DNA of 64,000 nucleotides from contig NC_092380.1 of NCBI RefSeq assembly GCF_030028105.1, positions 29,289,144 through 29,353,143 on the forward strand. Reading direction: 5' to 3'. Positions 10,921 to 22,589 of the stretch are shown piece after piece. The notes beneath the pieces are model-generated. The model saw only the letters and a program-made list of their open reading frames with translations, did no database searches and had not been told where the DNA came from. A program made the position numbers and the translations under genes. The first letter of the stretch is position 1. Each line of letters opens with the position of its first letter. This DNA is from Mobula birostris (taxonomy: Eukaryota).

Positions 10921-13900
10921 GTTGAATCTTTTGTTTTCTGATCCTTAGGGTTCGTCCGCTGTTCAAAAATGGCAAGCAGTCTTAATTTCAAGATTTCAGT
11001 TTATTTTAGAGTACAAACAAACGTACAAATACTAAGTAAACTAAATAAAGAGCTGAAAAACTATGCTAAGGGGTGTAAGACAGAGGAATAAATATGGTGC
11101 TTCTGAAAAACCTGTCACTTTTATTATAAGAAAAGAAAAATTCCTTAGATAGGAATGAGTTAGTTAATAGGCTACATAATTAAAACTATTACATCATGTG
11201 GGTAATATGCTAATGCTTAGTCAACAAAAAATGATAAAAGTGATAAGCTGTTAGTTTAGCTGCTATACCATTTTCTGCCAATGAGGGTGAAAAATGCACG
11301 CGTATATTAAAGTACAAATCTTATAAGTATTTTTTTAAAAAGTGGTTTCCTACAGTCACCTCCCCCAACACACTTTTGATTTTATAAGGGACCCTCCCAT
11401 AATTACATCTGAACATTCAGAGTAATTTCTTTTAAACAAACAAGAAAATGGGGAATATGATAATAATGTCCAATAATTATATTTGTACTTGAAGTATTCC
11501 CGCAGTACTTGTCTTAACCTGGAGTCACTTCAGCTGGCTTGCAGTTGCTGGCATGTATCCACTTATTTTTATCTTCAACCGTAACTGCTGAATTGGTAAT
11601 TAACAGCGCTTGAAAGGACCTTCCCACCGATCTCCCAGAGGTTCCTTTTGTGGTTTCTTGACCAGGACACACCTGCCAGGAATCAAAGTGTGTCCTCCTT
11701 CCGATGGACCACTCCAAGCAGCAAAAACCTGTTGAGAAGCAGACTGAATAGCTTGTGTTAGTTTTGCACAATAATCAGCTAAATTAACTGACATAACATG
11801 TATATCAGCATCTCTGAGATCGAGAGCACCCGTAGTGTCATATGTCATCCCATCACCACTTCAAATGGACTCAATTTTGTTTCCTTGTCTGGGGTTGCCC
11901 TGTTGTTGCATAAAAGCAAAGGAACAGCTGTAGGTCATGGAAGCCTTCCTCATGCTACTTAGTCCGCCATTGCTTGATGAGTCCATTAATTCTCTCAACA
12001 TGTCATGATGACTCTGGATGATGTGGACAATGAAAAGACCATTCAGTGTTCCTTGCTCGGAGTCAATGTGGAATGGCATTCTCCATCTAGGGATATTGTC
12101 CTTAATCAGAGAAATGGCTGTGTGGTTTGTTTTCTCACGAGTCATGCCTCTCTCAACTGCTTGTCAAGCTTGCATCCTGAACTTTGGATTCCACCACCCC
12201 TGGGAGAATTTGTCGACCATCTTTTGCACTCCAATCTGTCTTAAGGAGTGTATCTGCTGTGCCAGGTAAGGAAGCAGCTCAGCTGGAGCTACCAGTCTAT
12301 GACTAGAACCATATCTCCATACTCCATCGTTATCTAATAACCCACCATTTTCCATCCAGCAACACTTTTCTTCATTTGAGCACTGATCTTGCATTTCTTG
12401 AATATCTTACATGTTCATCTGTGACAGTGTTTAACTTGGTTTCAGTTATCAGATTTTCTTCCATTTCTTCGATTTTCATTATTCCTTCTTTCACTACCCT
12501 TTTTGCAGTTTTTGTTTGCAAATGCATTTCCATGGCCTTCCATTGTGGTCATTGTGGAATTATGTTTACATTTTAATACTGCAACTTCTGATGGTAGTTG
12601 CATGAATTCCATGAGTTATTGTCCTAGTTCACCATTCTTGATTGCAGTTCCATGGCTGTAAGAAATCCTCTGTCTTCATAAATTTCCAGAGCCATGGACA
12701 ACTCCAAAAGCCTATTGAGAATCCGTGTAGGTATCAGCTGCTCTTTCTTCTGCTAGCTTACAGGCTTCAATTAAAGCTTTCATTTCTGCCTGTTGTGCCA
12801 TATTTCCTGAGGCTCTCATTTTATTTTCTGTGGCAGCAGCCCAATCATCCATTCAAATTCCTCCCTCAATAATTGAGGAGCCACCAGTGTACAGAACCAG
12901 ATCTGAGTTCAACAAAGGCTTTACTTTATGATGATTTGCATTTTCTTTGCATGTTATTGTTCTTGCACCGTCATGATCATCATGGTCTTCCATGTCCACT
13001 GACAACAGTGTCTATAAGCCATCCGATTTTTGCTGTTTTGACTTTTTTTGACTGCAAATGACGGCTGCAGGGCCATGGCTGCCAGACCAATTACCACATT
13101 AAGGCTGATTTATACTTCTGCGTCAAATCGACACCGTAGGTATGGTGTCGCCGCGAACCCTACGCCATAGCCTGACGCGCACCTCTCCCAAAATGTAACT
13201 ACATGTTGCGGCAACGCAGACCTCAACAACTGTGATTGGTCCGCTTGGTAGCATCGCATCTCCTCCTACGCTGAAGTAGCTTCCCATTGGGTGACTGAAG
13301 GGCAGGGAAGGAACTCTGGCTGCAATGCTTTCCATAAAGCTTTACAGGCCTCCGAAATTATGGAGGACACATTTCGCTTTTACGATAAAAGACGCTCGCT
13401 TTAAAGTTGTTTACACGAGAAAGACTAGCATGACCATGAAGTCTTGCACAGGCAGGTGTGTGTGCATGTGTGACGTGCCCAAATTGCAAAGCGACGCAGA
13501 TACACCAACGCACAAGTATAAATGCTCACAATGCGCGTATACTACTTGCGTAGGTTACGGCATCCATTTGACGCAGAAGTATAAATCACTTTATTGTCAT
13601 CATCTTCCGGCCACTAGGGGTCTCTATCGAGTCAGTATCACTTTGCAGTTCTTTAGGGCTCCTGAGGTGTCGCTGTTTCTGGTGACCGGTCGGAGTTGGC
13701 GGCCTTTCGAAGTTAACGGTGATTGAGGATCACCGCACCTCCCAGACTCGCCTCATTTCACTTTGCAACTGAATAGAGCTTTTACTACTGATACACTTCG
13801 CCGTTAATGTAGAGATTTTATTTTGCTCATTTATTATCTTTTTCATACTGCTCTTTTGGCTTGTTTTGCGTTTTATTTTAAATCAGCGTGTTCGTGTTTT

Positions 13901-14010
13901 AAAGTATTTATCTGAATTTGTAACTCAATACGCTTGTGCCTTCCAACTCCGCTAAAGTCGCTGGCGTACATGCTGTTTTTTTCCACAGATTTTTACAAAA
14001 TTTTCAAATC
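10921..14010 (-). mobile_element. Endogenous retrovirus-like remnant (class I, epsilon-like pol) with 3' LTR
   Basis: Integrase pieces LAQQIHSL..IG, IPRW.MP..IDSEQGT, RWEGPF..L.TNSAV.V....WIHASNCK; PPT GGGGGAGG (minus, about 11359-11366); LTR about 11354-10921 with AATAAA and terminal CA. Confidence 0.8.
13103..13591. mobile_element. Non-autonomous DNA transposon (MITE), PIF/Harbinger-like
   Basis: Perfect 23-bp TIRs TGATTTATACTTCTGCGTCAAAT (13106-13128) and reverse complement (13566-13588); preceded by TAA. Confidence 0.85.
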
Positions 14011-14870
14011 TGGAGGACCTGAGTTATATGAAAAGATCGAATAGGTTAGGACTTTACAATTCCTCCCTTGGAGGGTCAGACACCCTGAGCTGATAGGCTG
14101 GTCCTGGACTGATTTCCTGGCATAATTTACATATTACTATTTAATTATTTATGATGCAACTGTAACGAAAACCAATTTCCCTCGGGATCAATAAAGTATG
14201 ACTAAAGTATAAAGTATGACTATGACTATCCCTTGGAACGTCGGATATTGCTGGGAGATTTGATAAAGGTGTACAACATTATGAGAGGTATCGATAGGGT
14301 AAATGCAAGCAGGCTTTTTCCACTGAGGTTGGGTGGGACTACAACTAGAGGTCATGGATTAAAGGTGAAAGGTGAAAAGTTTAGGAGGAACTTGAGGGGA
14401 AACTCCTTCACTCAGAGGGTCATGGAATGAGCTGCCAGCACAAGTGGTGCATGTGAGCTCGATTTCAATATTTAAGAGAAGTTTTAGTTCTTGGTTCTTG
14501 ATCTTCCAAAATATTCTGCATGGAATTTAAACTGGAAGTGGCGGAGGGTGAGCTTAGGAAGGAGACTTCTGAAGAAGAAAAGCTGCCTCAAATTTAATTG
14601 GGTTTGGTTGTGTGACTGTGTTAGGATTAAGATTATTCTATGCTTTAATTGTGCGGGGGACAAATGAATTGCTGTACACATCTGACTTGGTAGTTAGTAT
14701 TTCAAATTGAGTTGAGTGTCCTTGTCTGCTCTTTTTGGGACAGATACACAGATGGTGTGGGTACAGAGGGCGATGGTCCCATGCAGGTCGATGGGGGTAG
14801 GTAGTTTAAATGACGACATGGACTAGATGGGCTGAAGGGCCTGTTTCTGTGTTCTACCTCTATGACTATA
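14011..14870 (+). mobile_element. CR1 3' portion with nested LINE tail (14073-14228)
   Basis: GDLIKVYNIMRGIDRV..FTQRV motif. The nested piece ends CAATAAAGTATGACT repeats and has a TCCCTTGGA duplication at 14064-14072 and 14229-14237. Confidence 0.8.
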
Positions 14871-16475
14871 ATTTTTGCTGCCTTAGCTCAGTTAAGTTTC
14901 TGTAGCTTTTTGATGCAGGAAGAATCTTACAGATGGGGTGGGAAGGTGGAGGGTGTGGGGTTGTGGTGAAGGGCTGGTGAGGGGACAGACTGGAGGAGGG
15001 GTATCGCTGCCAACACACCTGACCCCGACAAACTGAAGAAGCGTCACCTCCTGCCCTAGGGCGCCGCCTCGTGGTCACCATCACTCCGGCAACCACCAGC
15101 GACCAATCCAACGTTACTTACCTGTCCAGTCAGCAACACCTGGCACTCCCACCAGTCCATCCAATCAGAGAGCACGGACGATCGGAAACACAAGAGATTC
15201 TGTAGCTGTTGGTACTCCAAAGCAATGCACACGAATGTTGGAGGAACTCAGCAGGTGAGGCAGCATTTCGGGCTGAGACCATTCATCAGGACTGGAAAGG
15301 AAGGGGGAAGGTGCCAGAATAAAAAGGTAGGGGGAGGGGGAGGGATAGGAGGCTGAGCTAGGAGGTGATAGGTGAACCCAGGTGAGAAGGAAAAGTAAAG
15401 GGCTGAAGAGGAAGGAATCTGATAGGAGGGGAGAGTGGACCATGGAAGAAAGGGAAGGAGGAGGTGACCCATGGGGAGGGGTGAGGCAGGTGAGGAGGGG
15501 TAAGAGGCCAAAGTGTGAAATAGAAGAAGAGGGAAGGGGAGAAATAAATTACTGGAAGGAGAAATTGATGTTCATGCCATCAGGCTGGAGGTTACCTTGA
15601 CAGAATATGAGGTGTTGCTCCTCCACCCTGAGGATGGCCTGATAATGGCAATGGACTGACATGTTAGAATGGGAATGAAGATAGGAATTTAAATGGCTGG
15701 CAACCAGAAAATTCTGCTTTTGGCAGGTGGAGCTGAGGTGTTCAACGAAATGGTCCCCCAATTTATGTTGGGTCTCACCAGTACTGTACAGAGGAAGCCA
15801 CTTTGGGAGCTCTGGACACAATAGATGACCCTCTAAGAGATTCACCAGTGAAGTATTGCGTCACCTGGAAGGGCTGTTTCGGGCCCTGAATAGAGGTAAG
15901 TGGGCAGGTGTAGCATTTCTGTCACTTGCAGGGATATGTGCTAGGAGTGAGATTAGTGGAGATGGACGAAATGACAAGTGGATCATGAAGGAAGTGATCC
16001 CTGCTGAAGACAGGGAGATGGGGGAAGGTAAAGATATGTTTGGTGATAGGATTCTGTTGAAGATGGTGGAAGTTCCAGAGAATCTTGTTCGATGAGCAGG
16101 CTCATGGGATGGTAGGTGAGGACAAGAAGAACTCTATCCCAGTTAAAGTGGCAGGGAGAGAGATGTCCAGGAAATGGAGGAGATGTTGCTGAGGGCCAAA
16201 TGAATGGTAGAGGACGAGAAACCTCATTCTTTGAGGAAAAAAGAGCATATTTGTGATGTTCTAGATAGGAAAGGCACATTCTAAGAACAGATGTAGAGAA
16301 GATCAAGGAATTGAGAAAAGGGAATTGCATTTTTTACAGAAGACCAGATTGGAAGGGATAAAGTCAAGATGGCTGTAGGAATTGGTAGGTTTATAAAAGA
16401 TGTCCGTGAACAGTTTGTCTCCAGAGACAGAGATGGAGAGATCAGGAAAGGGCATAGAGGTGTCAGAATTGGACC

Positions 16476-17533
16476 TCCCACTTTGGTACAATGGTTCTCT
16501 CAGGTGATGTTATGTCTTAGTTCGGAGAAAATTAGAAGTCAAACTTTTGATCCTCGATTTGACTTTGAGAAAAGGTGGGGTTCTTTTGCCCGCTGCTATC
16601 ATTTGATTTGAGTTAATTAAGATGGTCCCCTTCTGATTCTTGTGTAATTGGATTTGGTTGGCAGATTGATGTTTTTTCTTTTATGGCGTATAGCTCTGGG
16701 GTTGTGCTCCCAATGGGTCTTTTTTCTTGTTTTTTTTCGGTTAGTAAGTTTTTTTTTGTTTTAGTTAGTAGGGGTTCTTTTTTCCTTCTTTCTTTTTCCA
16801 AAAAAAATAGTTTTAACGTTTTGTTTTTTCTTATTATTACCGGTATACTGTTTAGGCTGGTTAATCAGTTATTTGATAGTTTAACTCTTATTGTACATAC
16901 TCATATGTTGATTTGACTACTTTAATGTATTTTTTGTTGATTTTCAATAATATGTAACGCTCAGCTATATTGCCTCGTATTTATCTCGGGGAAATCCCGT
17001 CCGCCACCCACCTGGTCTCTGGGTTACGTCAGCTGCTGTACAACTGCACACAATGTACGTTTTACCAATTACACTTTATAGATATTACTAAGTCTATGAG
17101 ATTAATAGAAGTTCAATACAAAAAAGGAACGGAAAAGGTGCCAGACTTATCAAAGTTCTTTGTGCACACGTTGGAGCTCGGGGACCTCTTCGGGACCTCT
17201 CTGACCCCGTCGACTCGCAGCTCGGGACCACCCGGAGTGATCAGCCTGAGCTTTCCCCGCACGTCCGTCGTCCTCACGGTCTCTCCTCCAACTCCCCGCC
17301 AAAACCCCCTGGTTCCCAGTCATATGAGACAGCATATCACCCCAAAACAGAATAACATGGACACCCATTGGTTCATAGTACATCTGTTATCTGTTATAAC
17401 CCAAGCAAAGTGCTAGCTGGAGACTTTCTCAGCATTTAACATAACAAAGAAGCTATTTTAATTACTATACACAGTACATAAAAGAAGAAACCCCTTACAA
17501 ATAATTAATAAAAGGATTTAAAAATAAATAAGT
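16476..17533 (+). mobile_element. L1-clade LINE 3' end inserted in the Penelope element
   Basis: PPTLVQW...L..EK......FEKRW.SF..Y ORF2 C-terminus, T-rich UTR, AATAAA and A-rich tail; 11-bp TSD AGAATTGGACC at 16465-16475 and 17534-17544. Confidence 0.85.
16953..17499. mobile_element. Solo LTR (547 bp), probably Gypsy
   Basis: TGTAA...TTACA termini; 4-bp TSD AATA at 16949-16952 and 17500-17503. Confidence 0.85.
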
Positions 17534-18699
17534 AGAATTGGACCAAGTGAATTTAAGGGCAGGAAGGCAAAGTTGGTGAAATTGACGAGCTCAGCATGGG
17601 TACATGAAGCAACACCAATGCAGCCCTGAATAAAGTGGAGGAAGAGTTGGAGAGTATTACCCAGGGGAGCCTTGGGACATGGACTGGTCTACATAACGAA
17701 TGAGAAAGGCAGGTATAACTGGGGCTGAAGTCAGGAGGAAGTGCAAGGAGCTGAAGGAGAAACTGTTGAGGATGAGGACCAATTCTGCCAGACAGAAGAG
17801 GGTGGTGGTGGAGGGAAACTGCTTGGTTCTTTTTTTGAGAAAGAAGTGGAGGACTTTAAGACCTTGTTGATGGGGGAGAGAAGTGTATAGGGTCTGGACA
17901 TCCATGGTGAAAATGAAGTGATTAGGGCCAGAGAATTGAAAATTGTTGAGATTGAGAGCATGTGAAGCATCACGGCTGTAGGTGGGAAGGGACTGAGGCA
18001 AGTGGGGTAGAATAGAGGACACACATTCAGTGAGGCAGGAGGAGGTAGAAATGTGTAGTGCTGGGAAAGGGATCTAGGAGTTTGGTTGCTGTAGATGTAG
18101 GTTCTCAGTGGATGAACAGGCAATCAGAATGTGAGACTATAACGGTGTCTGTTTGGGGCTCCACACCTAACGCAGCCAATTCTAGACTGCAACCTCATCG
18201 GGTGACCAATCAGGCATGAGCTAACGTTCGCTGCCATGTGTCTCCCACTGGGAGAGTCAGATCCAGGGGCAGGTGGGGAATGAGGGGTAGGGGCTGAGAC
18301 AGGTGGAGGAGGGAAGGTGGATGCAAGGGAAGAGGGTGAGGGAAGGAAGGGAAGGGATGTGGGGGAGAAGGAGCTGGCGGGAATAGAGGATGGATAGGCT
18401 GAGGTTATGGGCAGAGGGTTACCATCAAGGTCGCTATGCAAAGGTGTGCTGCTGTGGGTCAGTTTCTGCCTTCAGTCTTTCCTTCTCACCCCGCCCACCA
18501 TAAACCAGGTTCTCAGGGGAGGAGGGGTGGGGAGGAAAGTTATAGTGATGCAGATTACAGGACAGTGGAAGGGAGAGACATAGGGACCTGAGCACGGAGC
18601 CTCACAGACCCTGCCCTGTCCAACGTTTGTCCTCTGTCACTGGACCTCACTCTACACCATAGTCAACTTCCCCGACAACCTGCATCCTATCCCTGGGCT

Positions 18700-19215
18700 G
18701 GGCATTCCATCCCTCCTAACCCCCACTACCCCCCCCCCCACATCTCCCTCCCTGCCTCTCCCATAAACTCCCTTCCTGCCTTATCACCCCTACCCAAACA
18801 ATTCCTCCCTCATTTCCGCCAACCTCCCTCCCACTCCTCACCCAGACCCTACCCTTTGCCACTGCTCACCCATCAGCTCTGTCTTTTTCCTTCTCCCCTA
18901 ACCCCAATACCCTCAACTGCTAACCCCCCCACCACTTCAACCATTCAGCCTACTTCTTCCCCCTTCCCTACTTTACCCACTCACCCATCCTGTTCCTTGC
19001 CTCCAGCCTCTCACTCCCCACACTCCACCCTTCCCCACTATCCTTAAGCCCTCACTCACTCCCTCATACTCTTCCTACTCTCATATCCCTTTCTGCCTCA
19101 CCCTACCCTACCCTTCCCCCTCCCCTTTACTCTCCGCCTTCCTTCCCCCTTCTCTCTTCCCTCCCCCACCTGCAGCCCTTCCTCCCATCCTCCCCGGTCC
19201 CCCACCCTCTCCCCA
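18700..19215. repeat. Low-complexity pyrimidine (C/T)-rich tract
   Basis: About 500 bp with very few G on the plus strand. Confidence 0.85.
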
Positions 19216-20039
19216 GACTTGGCCAAGATTGGAACTGTCGACAGACACAGAGGAAGATCAGACCAATCCGCCCAGACACGGTGTCATTCGAGGCAGAGAT
19301 CCAGTGATCAAAGTGTCACCGGGACTGATGTGTCTGCTCAGTGCTAGTGAGGAGAGGACGCATCCAGGCCAGGCTGCTACCCAAGCGAGCTGGGTCAGCC
19401 TCCGCAACATCCATGTGCAAACAGGAGGCTGTCCCCCACTCTGCAGCAATATAATCCCATTCTCCTTACGTAACTATGGGAAAGGTCAGTTCACCACCAA
19501 CGCACGCATCTTTGGGATGTGGGAGGAAACAAGTGCCCGGGGAAACCAGCTGGCAACGTGAGAAGAGCGTTGTGTGAAATCAGTTTGGTAAGTGGGACAG
19601 AGAAGACTCACAACTATGTGGCTAAGTACAGATCCAACACCATATACTGCACAAGTTTGCTGATGACACCACTACTGTGGACTGTATCAGAGGGGGTGGT
19701 GAATCTGCATACAGGGGAGAGGCACAGAGGCTGGCACCAACACCTGTTTGCCCTCAGTTGGGCAATGGTTCATGGTGTTCAGCATGGAGACAGTTGTGGC
19801 ATCATCCAGTACATTCCTTAAATCCCTTTCAGTTGGTTTCATTGCAGTAGATGTGTTAACAATTGGTGAATGGATCTCCAATCAAGTTGTAGTTGTCTCA
19901 GCCAATCATGTCTCCACAATGCTGGTCCTCCTGTTTTTACCACATGCAAGATCAAGTGGTTGTTGTATTTCACTGTCACGAATGTCATTCCCACGGGAGT
20001 CATCTTTCTTCCAATATAAGCTCTTAGCTGGATATCCGT

Positions 20040-20650
20040 AAGCTTTGGTTTAGTATCTTTGAAATGGCATTCAAACTCATTTTGTGGAATGACTGAAACA
20101 GGTGGAACAGGTAATTAATTTGCTGTTCATTTCTGGCATAAGCCATATTTCTTGTCTATTATTAATTCACACAATGTAAATTTCAAGGCTACATAGTTCC
20201 ATGTGACGCTCGTCATCAGATTTATCAACAGCGTGCAGATTAGTGCTCTCTTCGAAACTGCAACTTGACTTTTTATCCTTTTCTCTTCTCTGTCCTTATT
20301 TTTGTCTACCCGATATGCTCTTTGTGTGTGTCCTTGTTTGTTGCATTTTCTGCAAGTTCCTTTAAATCTACATTAATTTGGTGTATGCGAGCCCCTACCA
20401 CAATGGTAACACAATTTGTTCATCCAGGCAGGTTTAAGTTTAGATGATAATTTTGTTCATGGTCACTTTCATTCCTGACTGCAACTCACTTGCGTGTTTG
20501 TCTGTGGTTTCAATTGAAACAACGATTTCCGCTGCTCACTTAAATGTAAGCTGTGCTTCAGTTAGGAGCTGTTTTTGAATGCTTTCTTGTAAAATTCCAC
20601 AAACTAAATGAACTCTTAGTGTATCATTAAGACCATTACCAAACTTACAT
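20040..20650 (-). mobile_element. Ty3/Gypsy gag remnant
   Basis: Minus strand reads FGNGLNDTLRVHLVCGILQESIQKQLLTEAQLTF, typical of K02A2.6-like Gypsy gag. Confidence 0.7.
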
Positions 20651-21249
20651 ATAACCCATAATTAATAATTTAAGTAAACAAAAATGCTTAATCAAACAAC
20701 ATAGATTAAAAAATTACACAAATATAATTAAAATATTAAAACACAATCTCTCTCTCATTCTCTCGCAGGAATCCCATAGACCGGAAATTCAAATGAAACA
20801 AATAATTTATTACTGAAATTACCAGCTAAGCTAACAAGAATTTATGCAAACTTGATGAATTGAAATCAGGATACACAGAAGAACTTGATTGGAGTTTCAC
20901 CAGACAAGGATTCATAATGACAAAGCAAAGAGAAGTTGGCATACCCACCCTGAAGTACACCTTGGAGCACGTAGAAATTCAGGACCAATCAGACAGCCCC
21001 AGTGTCAAGACGCAGCAATAACCCACAAAAACAATTACAATGCAAGACATTGAAAACCCCTTTCTAACTCAATAACCCCAAATTGAATGAAAGTGATGAA
21101 TACAAAGAGAGTTTAACAATCCACGTAATCCCAAATGAGGCACCTGCAACACAAAATGAAATCCCAGAGCTGGTGATGATTTCAATCACATAGCATCTAC
21201 AGTGCCAGGAAGTGAGTGTATGTCTGATGGCCACTTTGCAGTAAGGATT

Positions 21250-22455
21250 TGGAGCCTTTGGATAGGGTGCAGATGAAGTTGTCCAGGATGCCGACTGGTT
21301 TGTAATGTATTAGCCATCCATCGTGCTTGGACAAATAAGATATGTTTCCTCTGGAGCATCAGAGGCTGACAGGTGAACTACTAGAAATATAGAAGATTAT
21401 GGGAGGTTTTGGTAGGGGAGTAGCTTTGTACCCAGTGTAGTAATGTTCAAATTAAAGTGTATATATTTACTGCCAGAGTTGGTAAAGTTTAAAGGCGATG
21501 TGTAGTGTCAAATTTTATTTACACAGAGTCTGATAGTTACCTGCAGTGGGCTTCTAAGTGAATTGGTGGAAATAGGATCAGCAGTGTTTCAGAGGCACTT
21601 AGACAGCGGGTATTGGATGAATATAGCCCATTGCTGGCCAGAAAGAACTACAGCCTACAAATCAGTGTATTCAAATGAATCAAGGACAGTGGAAGTAGCC
21701 AATCCAATTGTCTTTGTTTCCCCCAAATTTGTGAACTCTGAATTGATTCTTGCTTTAGGATAATCCAATCAGAGCAATGGAATGTGGACACAAGGAGCTT
21801 CAGCTAATGACTGGCTAAACCGGAGAGCATTCTCAGATGAGTAGCCATTTATTATGTAAAGTGACAGTCTTACAGGAGAAGCAACCTGTAATCTCGTTAG
21901 ATTGAATGTCTGGGTCACCTAATTTAACTAGTTTGACCCACTCAGAGTTGAAAGGCACAAAGGCACGAGGCTGGGGGGCAAAAAACATAGAACAATGTGG
22001 ATTGTAGCCCTGGACCAGAGCCAGTAAGCAGGTGACCTTGAGCCAATGGGATGGAGATCCAACAGCTCAACTGTAGGAGGCAGGAGCTCCACATAAGTAA
22101 CAGCACCCAGAGGGCAACCATCACACAGACACGTGGAGACTGGGACCATGTGGAATGCCTGGCCAGCATGGACTCCTTTCCTGCGAAATACCTTTTCTCT
22201 TCATTGACTGTGCATGGTGGGTCAGGGAATTTTATTGGGTGTGTACATGGTTAGTTTGTGAACCCACTTACATTTTAGTTGAGACAATAAAGCTTACTTG
22301 TCATTAAATGCAGATTCTCGGTCTCTCTCAGATCATTATTACTAAGGGGTAGATCCTTATAACACCATGCACAGGCAGATGGAATTGGCTTAGATTGACA
22401 ATATGCTCAGCACAACATGGTGGACCCAATGTTCCTGCTGCTGTATTGTTCCTTG
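21250..22455 (+). mobile_element. Degenerate CR1 3' end split by a solo LTR
   Basis: CR1-like coding tail at 21250-21630 resumes at 22365 and ends TGCTGTATTGTTC. Confidence 0.7.
21632..22364 (+). mobile_element. Solo LTR (733 bp), ERV-like
   Basis: TG...TAACA termini, 4-bp TSD CCAT at 21628-21631 and 22365-22368, AATAAA at 22286-22291. Confidence 0.75.
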
Positions 22456-22589
22456 TCCTTTCAGAGAGTTGGAATCATTTTATTTGATCTGTTTATCCCG
22501 TCAATCCTTCCACTGACAGCTCCGGTAACTCTGATGTGGACACAGGAAGATGCAAGCAGTTTAAACCAACAAGGAGGATTGCAGTCACA

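Larger units (their letters stand above)
15185..18120 (-). mobile_element. Penelope-like element (RT, GIY-YIG, terminal repeat), degraded
   Basis: Motifs FTMDVQTLYTSLPH..GL, PFPDLSIS, TDIFYKPTNS.S.L, Y.GET...LGDHFVEHL, EEQHLIF; hammerhead-like CTGATGA..GAAA at about 15266-15290. Confidence 0.9.
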
